A stretch of DNA of 64,000 bases, taken from assembly GCA_964482695.1 (NCBI GenBank), contig CAYZYP010000002.1, positions 46,962 through 110,961 of the forward strand. Direction: 5' to 3'. The DNA comes from an uncultured Gammaproteobacteria bacterium (GTDB lineage: Bacteria > Patescibacteriota > Patescibacteriia > Magasanikbacterales > GWA2-37-8). Under the pieces are notes generated by a model that saw only the letters and a list, made by a program, of their open reading frames with translations, was not told the DNA's origin and made no database searches. This document shows positions 1 through 9,202 of the stretch, piece by piece (position 1 is the stretch's first letter; each line of letters opens with the position of its first letter). A program made the translations under genes and the position numbers.

Positions 1-1
1 T

Positions 2-1129
2 CTAGAACGAACATTAGTTGTTTTAAATGGTTATGCCGATGTTTTCCAAATAGATACTTTTTGGCCATTAATTCAAAAAATAGAAGAGATATCCGGACGC
101 GAATATATAGAAAATATAGAAGTTACCAAATCAATGCGTATTATTGCCGACCATTTGCGTACAGCGACGATGATTATGGGCGATGACAAGGGTGTCGCTC
201 CTAGCAATGTTGATCAGGGATATGTTGTTCGCCGTTTAATTCGCCGCGCCATTCGCCAAGCTCATAATCTGGGGGTTAAAGAAAATTTTTGTACGCGAAT
301 TGTTGAAGAAGTAATTAAAATTTTTAAAGATGTTTATCCAGAAGTTGAACGAAACAAAGAATTTATATTAACAGAAATGGCAAAAGAAGAAAGTAAATTT
401 AGGAATACGTTAGAAAAGGGGTTAAAAATTTTTACCAAAGGAGTAGGAAGTAAAGAGTGGAAAACAGCAGTGCCAAATAAAGATGTTTTTGACCTGTATC
501 AAAGTTATGGATTTCCAATAGAAATGACAATTGAATTAGCAAAAGAAAGCGATTTAACAATTGACGTGGCAGGTTTTAACGAAGAAATGAAAAAACACCA
601 AGAACTTTCTCGTGTTGGCGCGGAACAAAAGTTTAAGGGTGGTTTGGCAGATGATACCGAAATGTCAAAAAAATATCATACTGCCACGCATTTACTGCAT
701 GCGGCTTTACGACAAGTTTTGGGTAAACATGTTGAACAAAAGGGGAGTAATATTACTGTCGAAAGATTGCGTTTTGATTTTTCTCATCCACAGAAAATGA
801 CAGCCGAAGAAAAAAAACAGGTAGAAGATTTGGTAAATCAGGCTATTGAACATAATTATTCAGTTAATTGCGCCGAAATGACAGTTTTAGAAGCCAAAGA
901 CAAAGGCGCCATTGGCTTGTTTGAAGATAAATACGGTAGCAAAGTAAAAGTTTATACAGTAGGCGAAGAAAATAATCATTCAGAAGCGCGCGCTGGTTCT
1001 TTAACTTTTAGTAAAGAAATTTGCGGCGGTCCGCATGTTGAAAATACCGGAGTTTTAGGGAAATTTAGAATTATAAAAGAAGAGGCCTCTAGCGCGGGAG
1101 TGAGAAGAATAAAAGCAATGTTAATTTAG
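2..1129 (+). CDS. alaS: Alanine--tRNA ligase, 5'-partial (starts before window); short form without C-Ala domain
   Basis: Frame open from position 2 (LERT...); RIIADHLR, GYVVRRLIRRA, HTATHLL, EICGGPHV, GVRRI motifs; ends right after the editing domain. Confidence 0.95.
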   Translation, partial: LERTLVVLNGYADVFQIDTFWPLIQKIEEISGREYIENIEVTKSMRIIADHLRTATMIMGDDKGVAPSNVDQGYVVRRLIRRAIRQAHNLGVKENFCTRIVEEVIKIFKDVYPEVERNKEFILTEMAKEESKFRNTLEKGLKIFTKGVGSKEWKTAVPNKDVFDLYQSYGFPIEMTIELAKESDLTIDVAGFNEEMKKHQELSRVGAEQKFKGGLADDTEMSKKYHTATHLLHAALRQVLGKHVEQKGSNITVERLRFDFSHPQKMTAEEKKQVEDLVNQAIEHNYSVNCAEMTVLEAKDKGAIGLFEDKYGSKVKVYTVGEENNHSEARAGSLTFSKEICGGPHVENTGVLGKFRIIKEEASSAGVRRIKAMLI

Positions 1130-1131
1130 TT

Positions 1132-1521
1132 ATGAATTTTAAAACTCAATTTATTCGTTATTTTATCACCGGTCTAAGCGGCACTGTTTTAGATATTGGC
1201 TCACTTTACATTTTTAAAAGCTTGTTAGGCTGGCGCGCGGTTATCGCCGTAATGATTAATCAATTATTAGTTATCGCCTATGTCTTTACTCTTAACAAGT
1301 ATTGGTCTTTCAAAGCTAATGGTGGTATAACTCATAAACAGTTTATTCGTTTTGTTTTGGTTATGGGGATGAACTACATCATTGCTGTAAGCTGGATATG
1401 GTTTTGGCACGAATTATTTGGTTATAATTATTTAATAGCCAGATTAGTAAATATTATTTTAGCGGTTAGTTGGAATTTTTTATTGTATAGGTATTGGGTG
1501 TATGCTACCCCTCAAAAATAG
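1132..1521 (+). CDS. GtrA-family small membrane protein
   Basis: 129 aa, 4 TM segments, N-terminal QFIRYFITG and C-terminal NFLLYRYWVY typical of GtrA. Confidence 0.85.
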   Translation: MNFKTQFIRYFITGLSGTVLDIGSLYIFKSLLGWRAVIAVMINQLLVIAYVFTLNKYWSFKANGGITHKQFIRFVLVMGMNYIIAVSWIWFWHELFGYNYLIARLVNIILAVSWNFLLYRYWVYATPQK

Positions 1522-1523
1522 CT

Positions 1524-1576
1524 TGTGCATAAAATGCAAAAACACTCTTGACGAATATAGTATTTTATATTATTAT
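1524..1576 (+). promoter_or_regulatory. sigma70-type promoter for infA with upstream DnaA box
   Basis: TTGACG(1548)-17bp-TATTAT(1571); TGTGCATAA at 1524-1532. Confidence 0.6.
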
Positions 1577-1605
1577 ATTACTCAGTCTTTTTAATCAATT
1601 AAAAA

Positions 1606-1824
1606 ATGGCTAAAAATAAAGATACCATCGAGTTCAAAGGAAGCGTTACAGAGTTACTGCCAGCCGGTACTTTTAGGGTCAGCTTGGAAAGTGGACAAAT
1701 GATAATAGCTCATTTGTCAGGCAAAATGAGAATGAATAAAATAAGGCTGGGGGTAGGAGATACTGTAAAAGTAGAAATGACCCCTTACGATTTAACAAAA
1801 GGGAGAATAATTTATCGTTTTTAA
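1606..1824 (+). CDS. infA: Translation initiation factor IF-1
   Basis: 72 aa, [13 protein letters not shown]...[12 protein letters not shown]. Confidence 0.98.
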   Translation: MAKNKDTIEFKGSVTELLPAGTFRVSLESGQMIIAHLSGKMRMNKIRLGVGDTVKVEMTPYDLTKGRIIYRF

Positions 1825-1835
1825 ATAGTCACTTT

Positions 1836-1909
1836 AAATATCAACCGGTGCGGTGTAGCTTGGCTAGAAGATTGCTGAGCGTTGATATCGCGGCACAAGG
1901 TTGATATTT
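1836..1909 (+). other. Structured GC-rich intergenic hairpin between infA and rpmJ
   Basis: AAATATCAACC/GGTTGATATTT 11-bp closing stem with inner GTGC/GCAC. Confidence 0.5.
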
Positions 1910-1959
1910 TTTCTTTAAAAAATTATATTTAAATAAGTTATAAATTCATTTGCTCTATT

Positions 1960-2073
1960 ATGAAAGTAAGAGCTTCTGTTAAAAAAATTTGTAAAGATTG
2001 CAAATCACTTCGCCGCAAAGGCCGAGTAGTTGTGCGTTGCAAAAAAACAAAACACAATCAAAGACAAGGATAG
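1960..2073 (+). CDS. rpmJ: 50S ribosomal protein L36 (absent from ORF track)
   Basis: Manual translation [37 protein letters not shown]. Confidence 0.97.
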   Translation: MKVRASVKKICKDCKSLRRKGRVVVRCKKTKHNQRQG

Positions 2074-2117
2074 AACCACTAATTTTTTCACGAATTTACA
2101 CAAATTATTACAATATT

Positions 2118-2504
2118 ATGAGAGTTTCAGGCATAAACATTCCTAAAGAAAAAAGAATCGTTGTGTCCCTACCTTATTTATATGGTATCGGGTCTGTTTT
2201 GGCTAAAAAGATTTTACAAAAGGCTGGCATCGACGAAAACACACGAACAAAAAATCTTACTCGCGAAGAAGAAGATAAAATACGTTTGATAGTAGAAAAA
2301 GAATACAAAACAGAAGGCGATTTAAAGCGTGAAATAATGGCCAATGTTAAACGTTTAAAAGAAATTAAATGCTATCGTGGCGTGCGACACATGAAACACC
2401 TGCCTGTTCGCGGGCAAAGAACTAAAACAAATAGCCGTACGGTACGCGGTAATACGCGCAAAACCATGGGAAGCGGTCGCAGGCCATCGGCACAAAAAAC
2501 ATAA
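2118..2504 (+). CDS. rpsM: 30S ribosomal protein S13
   Basis: MRVSGINIP...YRGVRHMKHLPVRGQRTKTNSRT; start reset to ATG 2118. Confidence 0.97.
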   Translation: MRVSGINIPKEKRIVVSLPYLYGIGSVLAKKILQKAGIDENTRTKNLTREEEDKIRLIVEKEYKTEGDLKREIMANVKRLKEIKCYRGVRHMKHLPVRGQRTKTNSRTVRGNTRKTMGSGRRPSAQKT

Positions 2505-2515
2505 AATTTTTAAAT

Positions 2516-2959
2516 ATGTCAGACAAAATCAAACAACCTAATGTCGAAGAAACAAAACCTGTTAAAACAGCCGTTGTCGCGGTAAATAAAAAGAAAAAAA
2601 AGACAGGTAGACAAGTAGCGCATGGAAACGCTTATATACAAGCTACTTATAATAATACTATAATCACCCTGGCCGATTTAAATGGCGAAGTTTTGTGCTG
2701 GTCTTCCGCGGGAAAAGTTGGCTTTAAAGGCCCTAAAAAAGCTACTCCTTACGCTGCCAGCATGGTAGTAAAGGATATGGCTGTAAAAATAGCGGATCTT
2801 GGCTTAAAAGATGTTCATGTATATGTCAAAGGTATTGGTGGTGGTAGAGAAGGTGCCATAAGAGCTTTAAATACTAATGGACTAAATGTTTTAACTGTCA
2901 GCGATGTTACGCCAATTCCACACAATGGTTGTCGCCCGCCTAAAAAGAGACGCGTATAA
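2516..2959 (+). CDS. rpsK: 30S ribosomal protein S11
   Basis: ATYNNTIIT, KKATPYAA, DVTPIPHNGCRPPKKRRV. Confidence 0.98.
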   Translation: MSDKIKQPNVEETKPVKTAVVAVNKKKKKTGRQVAHGNAYIQATYNNTIITLADLNGEVLCWSSAGKVGFKGPKKATPYAASMVVKDMAVKIADLGLKDVHVYVKGIGGGREGAIRALNTNGLNVLTVSDVTPIPHNGCRPPKKRRV

Positions 2960-3001
2960 AATAAGATTTAATTTTTATTGTAATGTAATATTATATATAT
3001 T

Positions 3002-3637
3002 ATGCAGAAAAAGAAGATGAATAGACAATGCGCCATATGTCGACGTGCCGGAGAAAAACTTTTTTTGAAAGGAGAAAAGTGCCAAGGGCCAAAATGTTTG
3101 CTTTTAAAAAGAAATTTTATTCCAGGGCAACATGGTAACAAAAGAAAACATGCCAAACTTTCTGTTTATGGCAAGCAACTAGCCGAAAAGCGCAAAGTAC
3201 AAAAAATTTACGGTTTACGAGAGCGTCAATTTGCCAATTATGTCAAAGAAGCCGCCACTAAAAAAGGCAATACAGGCGAGTATTTATTAAATTTCTTAGA
3301 AGCTAGATTAGATAATGTTGTTTATAGAATAGGATTAGCGTCGTCTCGCCGTATGGCTAGACAAATAACTAACCATGGCCTAATCGCTGTTAATGGCAAA
3401 AAATTAGATGTTCCTTCATATCGTGTTAGAGTTGGCGATATAATAACTGTCAAAGAAACCGCTAAACAAAAAACTTTGTTTAATAAAATTTCCGAAAAAT
3501 TGGCAAAAATAGAAGCAACCAGCTGGTTGGCAGTAGACGCCAAGCAGGTTTCCGCGAAAATGTTAAATGTACCATCGGTTGAAACACCAAGTTTTGATAT
3601 AAAATTGGTAATTGAGTTCTACTCAAGAAAATTGTAA
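3002..3637 (+). CDS. rpsD: 30S ribosomal protein S4 (Zn-ribbon type)
   Basis: CAICRRAGEKLFLKGEKC, LEARLDNVVYR, VIEFYSR. Confidence 0.97.
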   Translation: MQKKKMNRQCAICRRAGEKLFLKGEKCQGPKCLLLKRNFIPGQHGNKRKHAKLSVYGKQLAEKRKVQKIYGLRERQFANYVKEAATKKGNTGEYLLNFLEARLDNVVYRIGLASSRRMARQITNHGLIAVNGKKLDVPSYRVRVGDIITVKETAKQKTLFNKISEKLAKIEATSWLAVDAKQVSAKMLNVPSVETPSFDIKLVIEFYSRKL

Positions 3638-3716
3638 TTTTAATAACTAAATATTGAAATATTATATATTGCGTAAATAGCGTGATATACAATATTTGAT
3701 ATTTAATATTTATTTT

Positions 3717-4559
3717 ATGGAAAATTTATTGCTTCCTTCTAAAGTAGAATATGATCCCGGAGAAACCGAAAATGTCGGAAATATAGTTATTTCTCCTTGT
3801 TATTTTGGCTATGGCGCCACTTTGGGGAATGCTTTGCGCCGAGTGTTATTATCTTCTTTGCCCGGAGCAGCGGTAGAAGCTTTTAGAATAAAAGGCGTTG
3901 CTCATGAATTTACCGCGATAGATGGCGTAAAAGAAGACATGATACAAATTATTTTAAATTTAAAACAATTAGCTGTAAAAGTTTATACCGACGAACCATT
4001 GATTTTAAAAATTAATAAAAAAGGCAAAGGAGCGGTTACCGCCAAAGATATAGAGGCTAATGCAGATATGGAAATAGCGAATAAAGATTTATTAATTGCC
4101 ACCTTAACTTCTGATCGCAATTTTGAAATGGAAATTATAGTTGGCCGTGGCCGTGGTTTTAAACCAGCCGAAGAAAAAGATAAAAAAGATTTTGCTTTAG
4201 GCACTGTGGTGATAGATTCTATTTATAATCCTGTTAAAGATATTGGTTATTCTATAGAATACACTCGTGTCGGTGATATTACTAACTACGAACGGCTTTT
4301 GGTGCGTATTGAAACCAACGGCACTGTTACTCCGCTAGAAGCAGCCAAAGAAGCGACCAAAATATTAACAGATCATTTAAATGTTATTGCCAAAAATACA
4401 GGTACTTTTGAAGAAACTAATTTAAATTCAGAAAATGAAGTAGAAACTGTTGCTCAGCCAGAAAAAACCAGCGAAGAAGTAACAGAAGAAACTAACGAAG
4501 ATGAAGAAGCAAATAATAAAGCTAAGAAAAAAAATAATAAAGCTAAGAAAAAAACTTAA
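3717..4559 (+). CDS. rpoA: RNA polymerase alpha subunit, no recognisable alpha-CTD
   Basis: GYGATLGNALRRVLLSSLPGAA, HEFTAIDGVKED; acidic/Lys-rich tail follows the NTD. Confidence 0.95.
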   Translation: MENLLLPSKVEYDPGETENVGNIVISPCYFGYGATLGNALRRVLLSSLPGAAVEAFRIKGVAHEFTAIDGVKEDMIQIILNLKQLAVKVYTDEPLILKINKKGKGAVTAKDIEANADMEIANKDLLIATLTSDRNFEMEIIVGRGRGFKPAEEKDKKDFALGTVVIDSIYNPVKDIGYSIEYTRVGDITNYERLLVRIETNGTVTPLEAAKEATKILTDHLNVIAKNTGTFEETNLNSENEVETVAQPEKTSEEVTEETNEDEEANNKAKKKNNKAKKKT

Positions 4560-4585
4560 ATATTATCCCGGTTTTTTAAAAAAAT

Positions 4586-4936
4586 ATGAGACACCAAAAG
4601 AAAAAGGTTACTTTGGACAGAAACAAAAGCGCTCGACGCGCGTTGTTGGCGAATTTAGTCGCCAGCCTTGTTTTTCATGAAAAAATTTCCACCACCAAAG
4701 CCAAAGCCAAAGCCCTGCAATCTTTGGTGGAAAAATTGATTACCAAAGCCAAAGAGCAAACTTTGGCCAGTCGCCGAGAAATAAGTAAAACTGTCTATAC
4801 AGAAAATATCATCAAAAAATTATTAGAAGTTATTGGTCCTCGTTACAAAGATAGACATGGAGGGTATACCAGAATTATTAATTTAGGTTATCGTAAAAAT
4901 GATAACGCGGAAAAAGTTCTTATAGAATTTGTTTAA
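4586..4936 (+). CDS. rplQ: 50S ribosomal protein L17
   Basis: MRHQKK, ISTTKAKAK, RHGGYTRI. Confidence 0.97.
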   Translation: MRHQKKKVTLDRNKSARRALLANLVASLVFHEKISTTKAKAKALQSLVEKLITKAKEQTLASRREISKTVYTENIIKKLLEVIGPRYKDRHGGYTRIINLGYRKNDNAEKVLIEFV

Positions 4937-4946
4937 TTAAAGATTT

Positions 4947-5309
4947 ATGATTAGTAATAAAAAAATAAAAGGAAAATACACTTTGGATGCTGTCGGAGAA
5001 AGCGTGGGCAGGTTAGCTACCAAAATAGCTATGATTTTAATGGGGAAAAACAGCCCTCATTTTACGCCTAATTTAGATAATAAAAACAAAGTTATTATCA
5101 CTAACGTAGATAAAATAAAATTTTCCGGCAAGAAATTAGATAAAAAAGTTTACAAACATCATAGTATGCACCCGGGTGGTTTAAAAATTGTCCCTGCCAA
5201 AAAGGTAATGCAAAGTGATCCTAAAAAGGTTGTTTTAAAAGCAGTTTCTAAAATGTTGCCTAAAAATAAGTTACGCACCGCGCGTTTATTAAGAATTTCT
5301 TTTAAATAA
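4947..5309 (+). CDS. rplM: 50S ribosomal protein L13 (short)
   Basis: GRLATKIAMILMGKN, HHSMHPGGLK, MLPKNKL. Confidence 0.95.
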   Translation: MISNKKIKGKYTLDAVGESVGRLATKIAMILMGKNSPHFTPNLDNKNKVIITNVDKIKFSGKKLDKKVYKHHSMHPGGLKIVPAKKVMQSDPKKVVLKAVSKMLPKNKLRTARLLRISFK

Positions 5310-5314
5310 AACTT

Positions 5315-5722
5315 ATGACTAATACAGTGATTCAGTCAGAAAAAAAACAGGTAGTCGGCCGACGTAAAACAGCAGCCGCTAGAATTAGAATTAAACCAGG
5401 AACAGGGGAAATAATCGTTAATAATAAAGATTGGAAAAAGTATTTTCCTTCTTCAGAATATCAAACTATTATTTTATCGCCTTTACAAAGCGTTGGAAAA
5501 CTAAAGTCTTTTGATTTTAGCGTCAAAGTAGCAGGTGGTGGCATGAAAGGGCAGGCAGAAGCCCTGCAATTAGGAATTTCCAGAGCCTTGGCTAGTTATG
5601 ACGAAGAACTTAAAAAGACTTTAAAATCTTTGGGGTATTTAACACGCGATCCAAGAGCCAAAGAAAGAAAAAAGCCAGGGCTTAAACGCGCCAGACGCGC
5701 ACCGCAATGGTCCAAACGTTAA
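5315..5722 (+). CDS. rpsI: 30S ribosomal protein S9
   Basis: GRRKTAAAR, LTRDPRAKERKKPGLKRARRAPQWSKR. Confidence 0.98.
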   Translation: MTNTVIQSEKKQVVGRRKTAAARIRIKPGTGEIIVNNKDWKKYFPSSEYQTIILSPLQSVGKLKSFDFSVKVAGGGMKGQAEALQLGISRALASYDEELKKTLKSLGYLTRDPRAKERKKPGLKRARRAPQWSKR

Positions 5723-5733
5723 ACTTACGTAGC

Positions 5734-5759
5734 AAAGCCTCTAATAAAAGAGGCTTTTT
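5734..5759 (+). terminator. Intrinsic terminator after rpsI
   Basis: AAAGCCTCT-AATAAA-AGAGGCTTT followed by T run. Confidence 0.75.
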
Positions 5760-5794
5760 AAATTCTTGTTTTTGTTGTCTTTTTAGAGTAAAAT

Positions 5795-7234
5795 ATGTTT
5801 ATGTCTTACTCTGTCGCGCAAAATACATCTTTTTTAACAGTGGCTTCGATTTTACAAAAAATCATTTCTTTTTTTTATTTCGTTTTAATTGCGCGAATCA
5901 TTGGCGTAGAAAGTATTAGCCAATATTTTTTGGCGATTACTTTTTCTTTAATTTTTATAGTTTTCGCTGATTTTGGCTTATCTTCTATTTTAGTTCGTGA
6001 AAGCGCGCGGTATCCCGAAAATACCGAAAGATATTTAAATACTGTTTTATCCACCAAAGTTATTTTCAACCTGTTAACCTATATTTTTTTGCTGGCTACT
6101 GTTAATTTTTTAAATTATTCCGCAGGCACTAAACATTTGATTTATTTAGCTGGCATAACAATGTTTTTCGATAATTTGCACAGCGCTTTTTACGCTGTTT
6201 TTCGCGCGCGAAAGAATCTAATATTCGAATCTATCGGTATAGCTTGTTCGCAAGCTATTACTTTGGTTATTGGCGCTGTTTCTTTGCTAATGGGTTGGCC
6301 TTTATTTATGCTTATCCTTGCTTTTACAATCCCAAGTTGTTTAAATATTTTATATGTCGCCTATTTTGCCGCTAAAAAATTCAAGCTTCGTTATTATTTT
6401 ATTTTTGATTTTAAAATTATTAAAACTTTTTTAATTATGGCTTGGCCGTTTGCTTTAGCGGCGATAATCGGTCGTTTTTACGCTTATAGTGATTCACTGC
6501 TAATGTCCAAAATATTATCAGTTGCCGAACTAGGTTGGTGGAGCGTAGCTTATAAAATTAGCACTGCTTTTCAGTTTGTTCCTGTGGCGCTAGCCGCCAG
6601 TGTTTATCCAGTTTTTAGCAGTCTTTATTTACAGGATAAATTATTGATTAATCAATTATTTGAAAAAACCAGCCGTTATTTATTTTTTATTGTTTTTCCA
6701 ATTGTTTTCGGAATTTTTGTTTTAGCCAAGCCGGCTATTTTGTGGTTATATGGCGAGCAATTTTTACCAGCTGTCTTTCCGCTACAGCTACTGATGATTT
6801 CCTTGATTTTTACTTTTTTAATTTTTATCAACGGTGCTTTGCTTAATGCTATTGATAAACAAAAAATTCAGACAAGCATTACTGCTGGCGCGTTGTTTTT
6901 AAGCATTGTTTTAAATCTTATTTTTTTGCCACGCTTACAGATAGACGGCGCGGCTATTGTCGCTCTATTTACTAATTGTTTATTATTTATTATTGGCTAT
7001 ATCTTTGTAAAATCATATCTAGCTTTGAATTTAAAAAATACATTAGGGTATTTTAACCAAACTTTTTGGCCAGCGCTTATTATGGCTGTCGCGGTATATT
7101 TTTTAGTGGAGAAGATTCATTTTTTATTTACTATTCCAATTGGCGGTGCGATTTATCTGGGTTTGGTATTTTTGCTTGGCGGCATTGATCGAGAGTTGGT
7201 TGTAAGGATAAAAACTAAAATAATAAATAAATAA
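5795..7234 (+). CDS. Polysaccharide flippase (Wzx/MOP family)
   Basis: ~14 TM segments, ADFGLSSILVRE, GWWSVAYK. Confidence 0.85.
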   Translation: MFMSYSVAQNTSFLTVASILQKIISFFYFVLIARIIGVESISQYFLAITFSLIFIVFADFGLSSILVRESARYPENTERYLNTVLSTKVIFNLLTYIFLLATVNFLNYSAGTKHLIYLAGITMFFDNLHSAFYAVFRARKNLIFESIGIACSQAITLVIGAVSLLMGWPLFMLILAFTIPSCLNILYVAYFAAKKFKLRYYFIFDFKIIKTFLIMAWPFALAAIIGRFYAYSDSLLMSKILSVAELGWWSVAYKISTAFQFVPVALAASVYPVFSSLYLQDKLLINQLFEKTSRYLFFIVFPIVFGIFVLAKPAILWLYGEQFLPAVFPLQLLMISLIFTFLIFINGALLNAIDKQKIQTSITAGALFLSIVLNLIFLPRLQIDGAAIVALFTNCLLFIIGYIFVKSYLALNLKNTLGYFNQTFWPALIMAVAVYFLVEKIHFLFTIPIGGAIYLGLVFLLGGIDRELVVRIKTKIINK

Positions 7235-7242
7235 AAATATGA

Positions 7243-7278
7243 AATTCAGATGTTCAAATATATTTGAACATCTGAATT
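7243..7278. repeat. Perfect 36-bp palindrome
   Basis: AATTCAGATGTTCAAATA|TATTTGAACATCTGAATT. Confidence 0.85.
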
Positions 7279-7299
7279 GCGCTAAAATTAAAAATAGTT

Positions 7300-8412
7300 A
7301 TGAAAACTTTAATTATTACCCTAGAATACCCTCCGCAAATCGGCGGCATTGCTTCATATATATATAACGCGGCGAGTCATTGGCCAGACAATGACCTGCT
7401 CATTTATGCGCCCAAGACAAAACCCACATACGATGAAAATAGTAAGTGGAGAGTAATACGAAAAAAGCCATATTTTACCTTTTTCTGGCCGCATTGGTTA
7501 CGCTTACTATGGCAAATTTGGCGAATAGTTATAAAAGAGCACGTAGAGATAATCCACGTACACCATGTTTTACCTGTTGGTTATGTCGCTTATATTATAA
7601 AAAAAATAAATAAAATTCCTTATTATGTTTTTTTTCATGGCACAGATTTAGAAAAAGCCACTAAAAGTAGATGGAAAAAAAGAATGGCTAAAAAAATTTG
7701 CTTTGCGGCTGATAAAATTATAGTTAACAGCGTTTTTTTGCAAAATAAATTTAAAGATAAGTTTGAAGATTTAAACAAAGAAGTCGTAGTGGTAAATCCA
7801 GGACCCAATGAATTATTTTTAGAGACAATAGCAAATGAAGAAATTAAAAAAATAAAAGCCCAATTAGCCCTAGAAGGCAAAAAGGTAATTATTACAGTAG
7901 CTAGGCTAGCCGAAGCCAAAGGTTATCCACGTTTAATTCATGTTTTACCTGTGATACTTAAAAAAATACCCAATTTAGTTTGGCTGATTATTGGCGATGG
8001 GCCAAAAAAGAAATTGATATTGGATTTAATTCAAAAAAAATCTTTGCAAAATGTAGTTAGATATTTAGGTGAAATAGAGCCAAAATTATTGCCAAAATAT
8101 TATCAAGTTGCCGATCTCTTTGTTTTGCTTTCTCATCCTGATATAGAAGCCGAAGAAGGCTGGGGCACGGTATTTTTGGAAGCGGCCGCTAGCGGATTGC
8201 CGGTTGTGGCTGGAAACGCCGGCGGTGTTAGCGAAACTGTTGAAAATTTAGTTACCGGCCTAATGGTAGATGCTAGTCACGAAGAAGGCGTCGTAAACGC
8301 TGTTGTTGAACTATTGCGCAACGAACAGTATGCCAAACAAATGGGAAAAAAAGGCAAAGAAAGAGTAATAAAAGAGTTTGCCTGGGAAAAACAGATAAAA
8401 AAGATTTTATAA
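7300..8412 (+). CDS. Glycosyltransferase family 4
   Basis: EYPPQIGGIA, EGWGTVFLEAAASGLPVV. Confidence 0.92.
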   Translation: MKTLIITLEYPPQIGGIASYIYNAASHWPDNDLLIYAPKTKPTYDENSKWRVIRKKPYFTFFWPHWLRLLWQIWRIVIKEHVEIIHVHHVLPVGYVAYIIKKINKIPYYVFFHGTDLEKATKSRWKKRMAKKICFAADKIIVNSVFLQNKFKDKFEDLNKEVVVVNPGPNELFLETIANEEIKKIKAQLALEGKKVIITVARLAEAKGYPRLIHVLPVILKKIPNLVWLIIGDGPKKKLILDLIQKKSLQNVVRYLGEIEPKLLPKYYQVADLFVLLSHPDIEAEEGWGTVFLEAAASGLPVVAGNAGGVSETVENLVTGLMVDASHEEGVVNAVVELLRNEQYAKQMGKKGKERVIKEFAWEKQIKKIL

Positions 8413-8449
8413 TTAGAATCTGGCGTAACGCATTAACAAAATATTTTTT

Positions 8450-9202
8450 ATGATCAGCATTATTATTCCGGTTTATAACCATGCCCACATCTTGGAACGC
8501 AGTTTATGTTCGGTTTGCGCGCAAACCTATCGGCCGCTTGAAGTGATTATTGTAAATGATGGCAGTACGGATAATTTTGAAAAGGTAATGAGCAAGATAA
8601 TTATGAAGAATATGGAGAGAGGAATAAATAATGAAATAAAAATCAAGGTGATAAATCAAGAAAATAAAGGGGCAAGCGCGGCTAGAAATAGGGGATTTAA
8701 AGAGGCTACAGGTAAGTATGTAATTTTTTGGGACGCGGATACAATCGCCCAGCCAAAAATGCTAGAAAAAATGTTAAATGCTTTACAAAATAATCCATCG
8801 GCTAGTTATGCTTATAGTCAATTTAAATTTGGTTGGAAAAAAATAAAAAGTCATGAATTTGACCCTGATTTACTTAAAAAAATAAATTATATTGATGCCA
8901 CTTCTTTGATTAGAAAAAAAGATTACGTAGAATGTTTTTCCGCCAAAGCCGGACCAGCCTTGGGCTGGGATGAATCACTAAAACGTTTTCAAGACTGGGA
9001 TTTGTGGCTAACAATGTTAGAAAAAAATAAAACAGGCGTTTTTGTGCCCGAAGTTTTATTTAAAAAAATAGTTAGTGGCCGCAAGGGGATTAGCAATTGG
9101 CTGCCCAGTTTTGTTTATAAATTGCCGTGGAAAGGTAAAAAAGTTTTAGAATATGAGCAAACCAAAGAAATAATTTTTAAAAAGCATTTAGACGGCGCAT
9201 AA
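8450..9202 (+). CDS. Glycosyltransferase family 2
   Basis: ISIIIPVYN, VNDGSTD, GASAARNRG, FWDAD, QDWDLW. Confidence 0.92.
   Translation: MISIIIPVYNHAHILERSLCSVCAQTYRPLEVIIVNDGSTDNFEKVMSKIIMKNMERGINNEIKIKVINQENKGASAARNRGFKEATGKYVIFWDADTIAQPKMLEKMLNALQNNPSASYAYSQFKFGWKKIKSHEFDPDLLKKINYIDATSLIRKKDYVECFSAKAGPALGWDESLKRFQDWDLWLTMLEKNKTGVFVPEVLFKKIVSGRKGISNWLPSFVYKLPWKGKKVLEYEQTKEIIFKKHLDGA

Noticed and set aside
1998-2117. N-terminal extension of S13 in the ORF track
   Set aside because: Overlaps rpmJ in another frame; S13 homology begins at ATG 2118.
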